Source: Octopus sinensis (Eukaryota). Taken from it: a DNA stretch of 48,405 nt. Shown one piece after another: positions 48,352 to 48,405 of this stretch. The stretch spans positions 1 to 48,405 of the forward strand of contig NW_021834359.1 of the NCBI RefSeq assembly GCF_006345805.1. Reading direction: 5' to 3'. The notes under the pieces were generated by a model, which was given only the letters and a program-made list of their open reading frames with translations, did no database searches and was not told the origin of the DNA. Both the position numbers and the translations under genes were made by a program. Position 1 is the stretch's first letter. The number at the start of each line of letters is the position of its first letter.

Positions 48352-48405
<54 letters not shown>
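48230..48405. repeat. (GATA)n microsatellite
   Basis: Directly visible, running to the window end. Confidence 0.95.

Overview
This is repeat-saturated, AT-rich eukaryotic non-genic DNA, with no host protein-coding exon, rRNA, true tRNA gene or CRISPR array that I can support. The dense compound microsatellites and tRNA-derived SINE families resemble an octopus/cephalopod genome (inference from recalled repeat families, not a search). Most six-frame ORFs are microsatellite artefacts. The supportable content is: (1) a near full-length Tx1/L1-clade LINE (minus strand, ~34513-40386) with an intact CCHC ORF1 and a triply disabled APE-RT ORF2, sitting in a (GATA)n tract; (2) fossils of a Penelope-like element (RT and GIY-YIG), a mariner, an R4-like REL endonuclease and a CR1/L2-like LINE end; (3) many SINE copies and a Tc1/mariner MITE. 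The most notable finding is a ~535-bp tandem array folded into a ~2.5-kb quasi-palindrome (27482-29965). It contains four complete type I hammerhead ribozyme motifs plus one half-deleted copy, each with a palindromic helix III, which suggests a retrozyme or Penelope pseudo-LTR system. A second minimal-hammerhead family occurs as an inverted pair at ~44.4-44.9 kb. Also notable are a candidate 44-nt intron that would fuse LINE ORF1 to ORF2 in frame, and a 1.3-kb island with a recurring CCTAGACTATGACTCATA-like motif. All alignments and protein-family resemblances were judged by eye; no database searches were run.
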